Shown: positions 55,231 through 64,000 of the stretch, piece after piece | Layout: each line of letters starts with the position of its first letter | Numbering within the stretch: position 1 is the stretch's first letter | Origin: an uncultured delta proteobacterium | GTDB taxonomy: Bacteria > Myxococcota_A > Polyangia > Polyangiales > B10-G4 | DNA: 64,000 nucleotides | Assembly: GCA_963727445.1 (NCBI GenBank) | Contig: CAVSGI010000013.1 | Coordinates: 17,316-81,315 of the forward strand | Direction of reading: 5' to 3' | Position numbers and translations under genes: made by a program | Notes under the pieces: generated by a model | What the model saw: the letters and a program-made list of their open reading frames with translations, nothing else | Database searches by the model: none | Told to the model about the DNA's origin: nothing

Positions 55231-57285
55231 CTACTCGTTCTCGGTGCCGGCGAGAGGGTCACCGGTGCCCGGCAGCGGGAGCGAGCGGGAGTCGAGGTTG
55301 GTCTCGTTGTCGCGATAGACGACCCGATCGGTGAGGCGGCTGGTGTCGAAGTCTTCGGTGGCCACCGCGGCGCCGACGACGTGACCGCGCACCTCGCCCT
55401 CCGACAGATCCATCGTTCCGCCCATGTCGAGCTGGAGACCGGCGAGCAATCCGTCGGCCACCACGAAGCGCTCGGCGCTGAGGTGCGCCCCGATGACCGA
55501 GACCAGCCCGCCGCTCCGCGCCTCGCATTCGCCCAGGGCCACGCACGCCGGATCCCCGGTCTCCAGGACGCTCACGTCGGTGAGGGCGACCTCGCTGCCG
55601 CCACTGTAGGCCATGATCCCGGCTTCGCGATTGCGCTCGATGGACGCGCGCATCAACGTGAGGCTCCCGCCGTTCTGCACGCCCGCGCCCAGACCGCCGG
55701 CGCCGCTCGACTCCCAGCTCAGGGTGTCGGCGATCAGCACGTCGGTCCCCGTCACCGCCGTCCCCTCGCCGAAGATGAAGATGCCGTGGGAGCGGTTCCC
55801 CGTGATCGCCGCGCGAGTGAGGTCGAGGGTGCCCCCGTTCTGCACCGAGATGCCGGTTCCCCGGGTGCCGGAGGCGACCTCGCTGGCGGTGGTCGTGATG
55901 GTGAGGTCGCGGGCTTGCATCGACGCGGCGTCGACGAGGATCGCGGTGTCGTGGTTCGCGTCGAGGTGCACGCGCTCGAAGGTGGAGGTGGCGCCGCCCC
56001 AGGTCTCGTAGCCGCGGCCCTGGGTGTCGTCGGGACGGGGCCTGGTTCGCGAAACGACGGCGTCGGTGAGCGCGAGGCTCGCGCCCGAGCTGGCGGTGAC
56101 GGCAATCGAAGATGCCTCGTCGAAGAAGGCACGCGACACCGTGGCCTGGCCGGATTGGATCACCTCGAGCGCGCGGCCCCCCACGGCGTCCGGCATGGGA
56201 TCGGAAGGTGCGATCCGCCGCACGACGAGGTCGGTCGCCGTGAGGGTGGTGCCCTCCTGGCCCACCAGGATCGCGACCTCGTGTGCGTCCTCGATGACCA
56301 CTCGCTCGAGGGACGCCATCGTCCCTCCGGAGATCTCGAGCGCCCGACCGCTCTCGTTGCTCAGGCGCGGCTCGACCCCTCGAATGGCCACGTCGGTGAG
56401 AGTGATGGCGGCGCGAGGTCCGAAGATGGCGACGTCGCGCGTGCGCTCGACGGCCACTCGCGTGAGGGTCACCACCCCGTCGTCGAGGAACTGCACGCCC
56501 CGTCCGGTCCAATCCACCTGACTCCCGTTCTCGGTGTCGCGAAAGACGCAGTCGTGCGCGACGAGCTGCCCTCCGTCCCACGCCACCGCGATCGACGAGG
56601 TGGTGCCGTCGATCTGCACGCCCTCGAGGGTCAGGAGTGAGCCCGAGTCGACGATCGACGCGACGCCGATCTCCGTGCCGAAGATGCGCAGGTTCTCGAT
56701 CGTGAGGTGGCCGCCGCGCGCGGAAGCGACCGCACGCGGCGTATCGCCCATCGACCGCGTCAGGCTCGTCTCCGACGCGCACGCGCCGATGAGGGTGAGC
56801 TCGCCCGTGAGGACGCGGACGTCCTCGTCGTAGGCGCCGCGCGCGAGGGCGATGGTGCCGCTGTCCGCCGTGAAGGACGCCCGCGCTTCGGCGATGGTGG
56901 TGAAGGGGGCGCCCATCGTCCCGTCGCCACCCACTGCCGCTGCGGCATCGACGTAGACGGTGCCCGCCGGCAAGTCGGTCGCGAAGGTGCCAGACGGACA
57001 CGGGTCACCGATCACCTCGCATCCCGGGCCGCCAGGGAAGTGCGCCTGTCCAATCGGGCAGTCTTCGGGCCCGCTCTCGGGCCACGGGTCGCAGACACCG
57101 TCGACCTCGCGCCAACCCGTCGGGCACGGCGTGAGCACCGGCCCGTTCGTGGCTTGTGGTGGAGTGACCATCAGACCGGCATCATCAGCGGCGTCGGGCG
57201 CGCCGTCGGATGCGCCCCCGTCGTCACCGCACGCCCCGAGCAGAACCACCAAGACCGGCGCGGCAACGCGCAAAGACCGCTTCAC
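55231..57285 (-). CDS. Lipoprotein with right-handed parallel β-helix repeats (pectate-lyase-like fold)
   Basis: GTG start at 57285 with AGGA upstream. The ORF-track Met at 57348 would overlap the divergent gene. Lipobox VLVVLLGACGDD. Many 'xLTDVxIxG...' β-helix-like repeats. Confidence 0.6.
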   Translation of the reverse strand: MKRSLRVAAPVLVVLLGACGDDGGASDGAPDAADDAGLMVTPPQATNGPVLTPCPTGWREVDGVCDPWPESGPEDCPIGQAHFPGGPGCEVIGDPCPSGTFATDLPAGTVYVDAAAAVGGDGTMGAPFTTIAEARASFTADSGTIALARGAYDEDVRVLTGELTLIGACASETSLTRSMGDTPRAVASARGGHLTIENLRIFGTEIGVASIVDSGSLLTLEGVQIDGTTSSIAVAWDGGQLVAHDCVFRDTENGSQVDWTGRGVQFLDDGVVTLTRVAVERTRDVAIFGPRAAITLTDVAIRGVEPRLSNESGRALEISGGTMASLERVVIEDAHEVAILVGQEGTTLTATDLVVRRIAPSDPMPDAVGGRALEVIQSGQATVSRAFFDEASSIAVTASSGASLALTDAVVSRTRPRPDDTQGRGYETWGGATSTFERVHLDANHDTAILVDAASMQARDLTITTTASEVASGTRGTGISVQNGGTLDLTRAAITGNRSHGIFIFGEGTAVTGTDVLIADTLSWESSGAGGLGAGVQNGGSLTLMRASIERNREAGIMAYSGGSEVALTDVSVLETGDPACVALGECEARSGGLVSVIGAHLSAERFVVADGLLAGLQLDMGGTMDLSEGEVRGHVVGAAVATEDFDTSRLTDRVVYRDNETNLDSRSLPLPGTGDPLAGTENE

Positions 57286-57346
57286 GACGTCGATCCTACG
57301 CGAGGCAACGTTGATCGTCACCGTAGATCGTGGCAGTTCGGGCGCC

Positions 57347-57904
57347 ATGAAGAAGCGAATGAAGACGCTCCTCGCGGGGGCACTCCTGTCGCTGGCCCTG
57401 ATGAGCTGCGCCGGCCAGATCCCCTACCACCTCACCAACACTCCGGGCGTGGTGACGCTGACGAACCTGCATCCGGACATGGAGCGCATGCGCCTGTATT
57501 CGACGGATTACCTGCAGAACGGCCTGATCCCGATGTGCACCTCGGTGACGATCACCTCGGTCAACGCGAAGCGCATGCTCTTCACCCTCTCGACCGGACA
57601 GCGCTTCGAGTACGTCTTCGATCGGCGGACCATGCAGGAGGACATCGCCACTCACCTCGACCGCTACTTCGGCACCGACTGCAAGAAGGGTCAGATCGAC
57701 ACGATGAGCGAGATCGACCAGCAGGGGATCCGCGAGGGGCACGTCCTTCCGGGCATGACCCGCACGGCGGTGGTCTTCGCGATCGGGTATCCGCCGTCGA
57801 GCCTCAACCAGATGCAGGCGCCGACCTGGACCTACATGAAGAACCGCTTCGATCGCCTCGAGGTCATCTTCGCGGGAGACGTGGTGCAGGAGGTTCGCGA
57901 CTGA
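57347..57904 (+). CDS. Hypothetical lipoprotein
   Basis: MKKRMKTLLAGALLSLALMSCAGQ lipobox. Divergent from the β-helix gene. The upstream part of the ORF-track frame is shadow. Confidence 0.55.
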   Translation: MKKRMKTLLAGALLSLALMSCAGQIPYHLTNTPGVVTLTNLHPDMERMRLYSTDYLQNGLIPMCTSVTITSVNAKRMLFTLSTGQRFEYVFDRRTMQEDIATHLDRYFGTDCKKGQIDTMSEIDQQGIREGHVLPGMTRTAVVFAIGYPPSSLNQMQAPTWTYMKNRFDRLEVIFAGDVVQEVRD

Positions 57905-57932
57905 GGCGCGCCGCGGGCTATGATCGACCGGG

Positions 57933-58742
57933 GTGTCATACCGGTCCATCGTCGTCATCGGCCTGCTGTGGGGCGCTTTTGCCTGCGGTCGCGTCGGATA
58001 CACCCGCCAGGACAGCCTCGAGGGCGATTCGGCCGCCGACACTTCGATGCCGGACGCAGCGCTGATGGACGCAGCGGCGGACACGACGGTGATCGACGCC
58101 CCGGCAGACACGGTGGTCGACGCCGCATCCGACGTGGCCGACACCGCGCCGCCACCCGACACCGGGACGTGTGATGAGTCTCCGTGCCGCCTGGTCCTGC
58201 CGCAATGCGGCTGTCCCTCGGGACAGATGTGCACGCGCGCGACCGCCGGAAGCATGATGCGGTCCTGCAGGCCGAACGGCTCGTTGCCTCTCGCGTCGCC
58301 CTGCAGCTTCAGCACCGAATGCAGTCCCGGCCACGCCTGCATCCGGGTGAACGGCCAGGGCGTGTGCGCGCGCTGGTGCGAGACGTCGTCGGACTGCACT
58401 ACCGAATGCATGCAGCTGGTGGTCGGCGACGACGTGGGCGCGTGCCGGGTCGCCTGCAGCCCCATCGACGACACGGGATGCCCGTCGGGCTTCAGCTGCT
58501 TCGCGGCGCTCGGTCAGGTCTTCGAAACGGGGGCGGCGCAGGCGGTCACCATCTGCGGCGGCCCAGGCGCGGTGGCGGAGGGCGGCGCCTGTAGCGGCCC
58601 CTTCGATTGTCAGGCGGGCCTGTCGTGTCCCACCGACACCTGCCGCCAGCTCTGCGACGTGGACGCGCCTTCGTGCGCGACCGGCGCCTGCAACTCTCTC
58701 GGCTGGACGGTCGACGGCGTTCGAATCGGCGAGTGTCGGTAG
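57933..58742 (+). CDS. Secreted Cys-rich protein
   Basis: Signal/lipobox MSYRSIVVIGLLWGAFACG. About 30 Cys in paired motifs (CDESPC, CGCPSGQMC, CSFSTECSPGHAC, CETSSDCTTEC). Confidence 0.55.
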   Translation: MSYRSIVVIGLLWGAFACGRVGYTRQDSLEGDSAADTSMPDAALMDAAADTTVIDAPADTVVDAASDVADTAPPPDTGTCDESPCRLVLPQCGCPSGQMCTRATAGSMMRSCRPNGSLPLASPCSFSTECSPGHACIRVNGQGVCARWCETSSDCTTECMQLVVGDDVGACRVACSPIDDTGCPSGFSCFAALGQVFETGAAQAVTICGGPGAVAEGGACSGPFDCQAGLSCPTDTCRQLCDVDAPSCATGACNSLGWTVDGVRIGECR

Positions 58743-58896
58743 CGCGACCGTCGGTGGGCGAGGTGGCCGTGCGTCGCTCGCACAAAGTGGGGTCTGGGAG
58801 TTGTGCGAGCTTCGCACGACCCGAGCCCATTTCCCTTCAGGAGCCCTTGTGCCGGCGGGGCCCGGTTCTTGCGTTGATCGCGGGCGGAGGTATTCG

Positions 58897-59379
58897 ATGG
58901 AAGCGAGAACGCCCTCCGGCGGGGAGCCGGAAATCACGCGACGGGTCTGTCCCGGGGATGGAGCGGGCGACGGGCCCACCATGATCGATATCGTCCTGCC
59001 CCTCGAAGACGAGGACTTGCTGGTCGAAGAAGAGACGGACGAATGGAGCTCGCCGACGGCGCGCAACGAGGCGAGGATCCCCACTCTTCAGATCGAGCTC
59101 GGGACGATCGAGGAGATCGAAACAGTCGCGCCCGATCAGACCGAGGAGTTCTTCGCGCAAGCCGAGACCGTCGAGTCGCCAGCGGCACCGCGCCCCAGCC
59201 GCTACCCGCGTCTGCTCGGGAAGAGCCGCCTCGCCCGACTGGGACTCCGCGCGATCCTCGCGGTGGTGGTGATCGGCGGGGTGTTCGGTGGCCTCGAGTT
59301 GTTGACGGGCCGCGCTGCCTCACCGCCCGCGCTTCAGATCACGGTCCTCGCGGAAGGGGCAGACGCGTCGCATCACTGA
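58897..59379 (+). CDS. Small acidic protein with a C-terminal TM anchor
   Basis: MEARTPSGGEPEITRR... with TM 'LRAILAVVVIGGVFGGLELL'. 160 aa. Confidence 0.4.
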   Translation: MEARTPSGGEPEITRRVCPGDGAGDGPTMIDIVLPLEDEDLLVEEETDEWSSPTARNEARIPTLQIELGTIEEIETVAPDQTEEFFAQAETVESPAAPRPSRYPRLLGKSRLARLGLRAILAVVVIGGVFGGLELLTGRAASPPALQITVLAEGADASHH

Positions 59380-61912
59380 GCCGCGGCACTTCGACGCGAC
59401 GCGCCAGCTCGAATCGCGGCGGATCGCCCCGCACCTCGAGCACCTCGTAGGTCGCGCTGGTGAGCTCCTCGGTCTCCGCATCGAAGTCGAGGGTTCCCGA
59501 AGCGCCCACCACGTCGACGTTCGAGCGGTCGGACCTCAGCGCCGCGATCGTCGCGCGCAGGTTGGCTGCGAGGAGGCGGTGCTCCTCCGATCCGGCGGAC
59601 ATCCGAGCGATGCCGCGGGCGATCCTTTCGCCGGTCACCTCGCCTCCCCCACCCAGTGCGTAGGCCACGCCCAGGATCGCGAGGAGGGTCGCGTCGTAGG
59701 TGTGGGCGGTGAACGAGTATTGGAGCGGATCCTCTCCGTACGCCGCCGTGTAGTCCGACACGAACTCGCTGGTGATGATGGTGCTCGGCGCCGCGGGGCG
59801 GGTCGCGCGCACCCGGTCGAAGAGCGGCGCGCCGCGCGTCGACAGGCTGAAGAGGTCGTCGTTCGCCGCGGCGTCCGCGAAGTAGATCCGTGCCTCCGGC
59901 GCGAGGCTCCCCGTGCTCGCGGCGTCCAGGAACGCCGCAGCATCCGCGATCTGCGAGGAGAGGAAGACGATGGCTCGAGGGTTCGAGGACAGCACGTTGC
60001 TCGCGACGGCGGGGATGGCCGCTGCGTCGGTGAAGACGTGTGAAGCGTCGACTTCGAGGCCGGCTTCGCCCGCCGCCTCCTGGAGGATCACCGACAGGCT
60101 CTGGGCATAGACATCGTTCGCTCGACGGACGATGACGATGCGCGTGATATCGGGACCGTCGAGGATGTCGTCGAGGATGACGGCCGATTGCAGCGAGTCG
60201 GGCGGCGTCGTCCGCCAGAGCAGACCGGGCGTGTGGGTGTCGATGGCGGCGAGCTGCGTCGCGGTCGCCGAGGGGGTGATGAAGAGGACGTCGTCGTCGG
60301 TGTGGGCGGTGAACGCGGCCTCGACGTCGGCAGAGGTGGATGGTCCCACGATCACTTTGGCGCCGGTCCGCACCAGATGATCCGCTGCCGCCGCCGCGCC
60401 CTGTGACGCGTCGCAGTGCAGGAGCGCGACCCGCCGTCCATCGACGCCACCGCCACTGTTCACGCCGTCGGCGGCGAGATCCGCCGCGTGCTCGCGCGCC
60501 ATCTGGTTGGGACTGGAGCGGTCGAAGATGGTGCCGATCAGGATGGCTCTGGGATCGGCGGCTGCATCGGGCGGGAAGAGGGTCGGACAGATCGGGTCGA
60601 GGGCGCTTTGGCACTCGCCGGTGGCGGTATCGCAGAAAGAGCCCACGCCGGCGCGCGCATGACAGCTCTCGGAGCTCGTACACGAGGCGCTTTCGGCAGG
60701 GTCGCCGCCGCCCCACACGGCCCATCCGAGCGCAGCCGCGATGAGCACCGCGCTCGCGGACGCGATCCCGATGATGAGTGGGCGCGGACGCCACGCCGGC
60801 CGCGGGCGCGGGCGCTCGACCAGCGTCTCCACCCCATCCTCGACAGCGGGCGGAGCGAGCGCGCGCGTCTCGGCGTCGGGCGTGGGAACGGGACCTGTCG
60901 GCGCCGTGACTTCGCGGCTCTGCCCTCCGTCGTGAAGCGGGATCTCGGCGCGGGTCTGTTCGAGGGCGGCCGCGACCAGTGCCTTTTGTCGCTCTCGCTC
61001 GTCGGCGAACGCGTCCTCGAGGGTCTCTTGCAGCAGAGGCTCCTGCCCCTCTCGGCGAAGCGCTTCCTGAATGGCATCGAGACGCTCGGCGACCTCCGCC
61101 GCCGATCCCGGCCGACCGCCCGGGGTCTTGGCGAGGAGCTCCAACAGGAGCTCCGCGAGCGCATCCGGCACGTCGGGGCGGACCTCTCGCACGTCGGGTG
61201 GTGGCTCGATACAGATGCGGCGGAAGACCTCGTCGCGCTCGCCCTTGTAGAGCCGCTCGCAAACGAGGAGCTCGTAGAGGACGATCCCGAAGGAGAAGAG
61301 ATCCGAGCGTTCATCGAGGGGCTTTCGCCCGATCTGCTCGGGCGACATGTAGCCGATCTTGCCGGTGATGGAGGCCGAATCCGGCGGGTGCTCTTCGAGC
61401 ACGCGCGCCACGCCGAAATCGGTGACGCGCACCAGTCCGTCGAAGCCCAGCAGGACGTTCTGCGGGGAGATGTCGCGATGGATGACGCAGACCGCGCGCC
61501 CCCCCGCGCCCACCAGCTCGTGCGCCGCGGCGAGGCCCCGCGCCATCTGCCGCGCCACCTCCACGCCGAAGGCGACGGGGAGACGCTGACCCGCTTCGAC
61601 CGCGGCGGTGAGCGGGCGATACGCCGGCACGCCCTCGACGAAGTCCATGACCAGGTAAGGTCCGAACTCGTCCTCGCCCACGTCGAGCACCGGGACCACG
61701 TTCGGGTGGCGGATCAGGCCGGCGATGCGGGCCTCTTCGAGGAACATCGTGCGGATCTCGGCGTCCTTCGCCAGCGCCTCGTGCAAGCGCTTCATGGCGT
61801 ACACGCGAGCAAAGGTGCCTTCGCGTCGAACGACGAGCTCGACGCGACCCATCCCCCCCTTCGCGATGTCTGCGACCGGCTCGTAACTCCGCCAATCCCC
61901 CGGTCGTTTCAC
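59339..61912 (-). CDS. Ser/Thr protein kinase fused through a TM helix to a periplasmic type-I solute-binding (LivK-like) domain
   Basis: Candidate GTG start at 61912, upstream ORF sequence being shadow. 'IAKGGMGRV', 'YAMKRL', 'HRDISPQNVLL', 'VTDFGVA', 'YMSPEQ'. TM 'PLIIGIASASAVLIAAALGWAVW'. The C-terminal 'ILIGTIFDRSSPNQMAREHAADLAADGVNSGGGVDGRRVALLHCDASQG' resembles branched-chain amino-acid-binding proteins. Confidence 0.75.
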   Translation of the reverse strand: MKRPGDWRSYEPVADIAKGGMGRVELVVRREGTFARVYAMKRLHEALAKDAEIRTMFLEEARIAGLIRHPNVVPVLDVGEDEFGPYLVMDFVEGVPAYRPLTAAVEAGQRLPVAFGVEVARQMARGLAAAHELVGAGGRAVCVIHRDISPQNVLLGFDGLVRVTDFGVARVLEEHPPDSASITGKIGYMSPEQIGRKPLDERSDLFSFGIVLYELLVCERLYKGERDEVFRRICIEPPPDVREVRPDVPDALAELLLELLAKTPGGRPGSAAEVAERLDAIQEALRREGQEPLLQETLEDAFADERERQKALVAAALEQTRAEIPLHDGGQSREVTAPTGPVPTPDAETRALAPPAVEDGVETLVERPRPRPAWRPRPLIIGIASASAVLIAAALGWAVWGGGDPAESASCTSSESCHARAGVGSFCDTATGECQSALDPICPTLFPPDAAADPRAILIGTIFDRSSPNQMAREHAADLAADGVNSGGGVDGRRVALLHCDASQGAAAAADHLVRTGAKVIVGPSTSADVEAAFTAHTDDDVLFITPSATATQLAAIDTHTPGLLWRTTPPDSLQSAVILDDILDGPDITRIVIVRRANDVYAQSLSVILQEAAGEAGLEVDASHVFTDAAAIPAVASNVLSSNPRAIVFLSSQIADAAAFLDAASTGSLAPEARIYFADAAANDDLFSLSTRGAPLFDRVRATRPAAPSTIITSEFVSDYTAAYGEDPLQYSFTAHTYDATLLAILGVAYALGGGGEVTGERIARGIARMSAGSEEHRLLAANLRATIAALRSDRSNVDVVGASGTLDFDAETEELTSATYEVLEVRGDPPRFELARRVEVPRLSDATRLPLPRGP

Positions 61913-62065
61913 CCCTTCGACGCTACCACGTGGCGGGACTGGCTCGAAGCATGTGAGGTGTGCGGGCCTCGCGCGATGAAGTGCGGGACTTGCACGACTC
62001 GAGTCACTCGAAGGCCAAAGCCGGTGAGAACGCCGCCCGGACCAGGGGTTGCAGAGCACGGGTGC
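61913..62065. promoter_or_regulatory. Divergent intergenic region between the STK and the lipoprotein / FHA-σ54 operon
   Basis: A ~150-bp gap between divergent starts. Confidence 0.3.
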
Positions 62066-63199
62066 ATGAAACTCTCGTGGATCTCGACGCTCCTCGCCCT
62101 CGGCCTCGGCGCGTGCAGCGCGCCCGCCGCCCCCACGGACGAAGGTGAGCCGCCTTCCTGTGCGACCTGCGAGGACGGCGACGCGGGTACGACCGATGAC
62201 GCGTTCCCGCCGCCTGCCGACTCTCGGACGATGATGGAGGACGCTGCACTTGCGGAGGCCGACGACGCCGGGTCCTCTTCCGACGGCGGCGCGACCGGGC
62301 CTGCCCCTTGCGCGCTCGGCTCCGACGCACCCCTGGTCCTGCTCTACGCGTCGGTGGGTGGCGACGACAACCTCCGCTTTCTCCACGACGACTGCTCCGC
62401 CGAAGTCGTTGTCGGCGAGAAGCGAGAGGCCGGCCCGCGCAGCGCGATGAAGCACCCCGAAGCGCGCGCTCTCGGTGGACGCAGCGGATACATCATGGAC
62501 CTTCACGGCACCCGCATCCGCGACGCGCTCCGCCGCACGGACGGAGTCGCCCGCACCGCCGCCGAGCTCGAGGCCATCCTCGACAACGGATACGACTACA
62601 TCATCATCGACGAGATCACCACCGCAGCCGACTGGGTGGATGGGGCGCTGGTCAACCGACGCTTCCGGCGACTCCTCGAGGTCCTTCCGCCGCGGAAGGT
62701 CATCGCCTACGTGAGCCTCGACCTCACCATGTCGCCGAGCGGCGACACCGCGATGGCCGCCCGCCGCCAGCTCCTCTACGCGCTGATGCAGCACGGCCGT
62801 GCGATCGCCCTCGAGGTCTACCTCCATACCGGCCAGGTCATCGCGGGACAGGCCCCGGACCTGCTACGCCGCGCCGCGATCCGCTTGCGTCATGCCACGC
62901 TGGGCCTCCCCGACGGCGGCCACGTGAACAGGCGGGCCATCACGGTGCTCGGCTTGTCGATCCACGAGCCTGCGCCGTACAACTACCTCGACCGGCCGCA
63001 CGACGATCTGCGCGCGGTCCGCATCCAGGCGCGCGCCGTCCGCGACTTCGGCGCGCTCCTGCAGGAGCAGCGCGGCCTCGGCTACTACTACGTGACCCAC
63101 TCGGACATCGTCCCCTACGCATCGGCGCCCTACGACTTCGATCGGCTGGTGGACGTGGTCACCGAGGAGGCGCACCTCACGGCGCTCGCCGCCGAATGA
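62066..63199 (+). CDS. Hypothetical lipoprotein
   Basis: [20 protein letters not shown] lipobox. 377 aa. The upstream part of the ORF is antisense shadow of the kinase. Confidence 0.55.
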   Translation: MKLSWISTLLALGLGACSAPAAPTDEGEPPSCATCEDGDAGTTDDAFPPPADSRTMMEDAALAEADDAGSSSDGGATGPAPCALGSDAPLVLLYASVGGDDNLRFLHDDCSAEVVVGEKREAGPRSAMKHPEARALGGRSGYIMDLHGTRIRDALRRTDGVARTAAELEAILDNGYDYIIIDEITTAADWVDGALVNRRFRRLLEVLPPRKVIAYVSLDLTMSPSGDTAMAARRQLLYALMQHGRAIALEVYLHTGQVIAGQAPDLLRRAAIRLRHATLGLPDGGHVNRRAITVLGLSIHEPAPYNYLDRPHDDLRAVRIQARAVRDFGALLQEQRGLGYYYVTHSDIVPYASAPYDFDRLVDVVTEEAHLTALAAE

Positions 63200-64000
63200 A
63201 GGGCTCGCGCGCCTTCCGCGTCGCGCGCTTGGGCGCTATCTTGTCGGGGATGGCGGATGCCAGCGACTTCGAAGGGGTCGAGACCTACCGGCTCTCGGAA
63301 GAGGACGCGCTCGATGCGACCTCGCCGCGGTGGCTCGTGGTGCTCGGTGGGGGTGCCCCGAACATCGTGGAGCTGAAGCGCGGAAGCACCGTCACGGTCG
63401 GCCGCTCCTCGGAGTGCGAAGTGGTCCTCAGCGATCGCGCGATCTCCCGCCGCCATGCGGCGCTGCACGTCGGCGTCACGCTCGAGATCGAAGACCTGGG
63501 CAGCGCCAACGGAGTGCTGGTCGCGGGCGCGCGGGTCCCGGCCGGCGGACGTGCCGCGGTGCCGGTGGGCACCACGATCCAGATGGGCACCACTCTGCTC
63601 GTGGTCGACTCCGGCGCCACCCGTCCCGACATCGACGCGGAGGGACCCACCCTCAGCGGCCGCGGAGGGCAGGCCGAAAGAGGAGACGCGGTGGTGATCG
63701 ACGAGGCGATGGTGCGCCTCTACGAGGTGGTCGCGCGCGTGGCGCCGACCCGCCTCAACGTCCTGATCCTGGGCGAGACCGGCGCAGGCAAGGAGCTCCT
63801 CGCCGAAGCGGTGCACCAGAGCTCCCCGCGCGCGTCCGGGCCCTTCGTGAAGATCAACTGCGCGGCGCTCGCCCCTCAGCTCCTCGAGAGCGAGCTCTTC
63901 GGTCACGAGCGCGGTGCCTTCACCGGCGCCGATCGCGCGCGTCAGGGTCTGGTCGAGGCGGCCAACGGAGGGACGCTCCTGTTGGACGAGGTCGGCGAGA
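63196..64000 (+). CDS. FHA-domain σ54-dependent transcriptional activator, 3' end outside the window
   Basis: Not in the ORF track because it has no stop. ATGA overlap with the previous gene. Manual translation gives [24 protein letters not shown]...[54 protein letters not shown] (FHA) ... [22 protein letters not shown]...[15 protein letters not shown] (σ54 AAA+ with GAFTGA). Confidence 0.75.
   Translation, partial: MKGSRAFRVARLGAILSGMADASDFEGVETYRLSEEDALDATSPRWLVVLGGGAPNIVELKRGSTVTVGRSSECEVVLSDRAISRRHAALHVGVTLEIEDLGSANGVLVAGARVPAGGRAAVPVGTTIQMGTTLLVVDSGATRPDIDAEGPTLSGRGGQAERGDAVVIDEAMVRLYEVVARVAPTRLNVLILGETGAGKELLAEAVHQSSPRASGPFVKINCAALAPQLLESELFGHERGAFTGADRARQGLVEAANGGTLLLDEVGE

Noticed and set aside
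63130-63906. 258-aa minus ORF at the window end
   Set aside because: It is antisense to a clearly motif-bearing FHA-σ54 activator gene (GAFTGA, Walker A) on the plus strand.

Overview
The window is a high-GC (about 70%) chromosomal segment with a strong myxobacterial (Myxococcota-like) signature. It carries many lipoproteins and several multi-copy Cys-rich 'CxxCVD…NCGxCGxxC' repeat proteins, and genes are tightly packed, often joined by ATGA or GTGA start/stop overlaps. Signalling genes include PEGA-domain and solute-binding-fused Ser/Thr kinases, two FHA-σ54 activators and an FHA protein. Most long antisense ORFs in the six-frame track are GC-rich shadow frames and were ignored.

The window opens with a minus-strand cluster (3–7576): a TPR protein, a VWA protein split by a frameshift, a PEGA Ser/Thr kinase, a β-helix lipoprotein and a TPR/PEGA protein. 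Next comes an ECF σ / anti-σ / secreted-protein / lipoprotein operon (9427–13595). It converges on a lipoprotein (13610–14797) that combines a CxxCH cytochrome-c-like module with a complete PHM/DBH-type copper monooxygenase core. The operon's last gene is a paralog of it that has lost the copper ligands.

An HUH (IS200/RAYT-like) transposase element with tandemly duplicated flanking repeats sits at 16.4–18.1 kb. A three-gene operon ending in a RavA-like MoxR AAA+ ATPase lies immediately beside it (18139–21901). Further on there are tandem TPR–transglutaminase-like paralogs, one with its catalytic Cys and one without (26662–34113), and an AstE/AspA deacylase paired with a RimK-like ATP-grasp enzyme. 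Housekeeping genes include a UbiA-family (DPPR-synthase-like) prenyltransferase (25641–26510), lnt, bioA, ftsK and a CheY-like regulator. A perfect 4-copy (2 direct + 2 inverted) 43-bp repeat with an AT-rich core lies at 48.9 kb.

Conserved genes between about 40 and 54 kb (ftsK, bioA, a σ54 activator, a MopE-like lipoprotein and a small TM protein) carry many frameshifts. This points to local sequence error or real gene decay.
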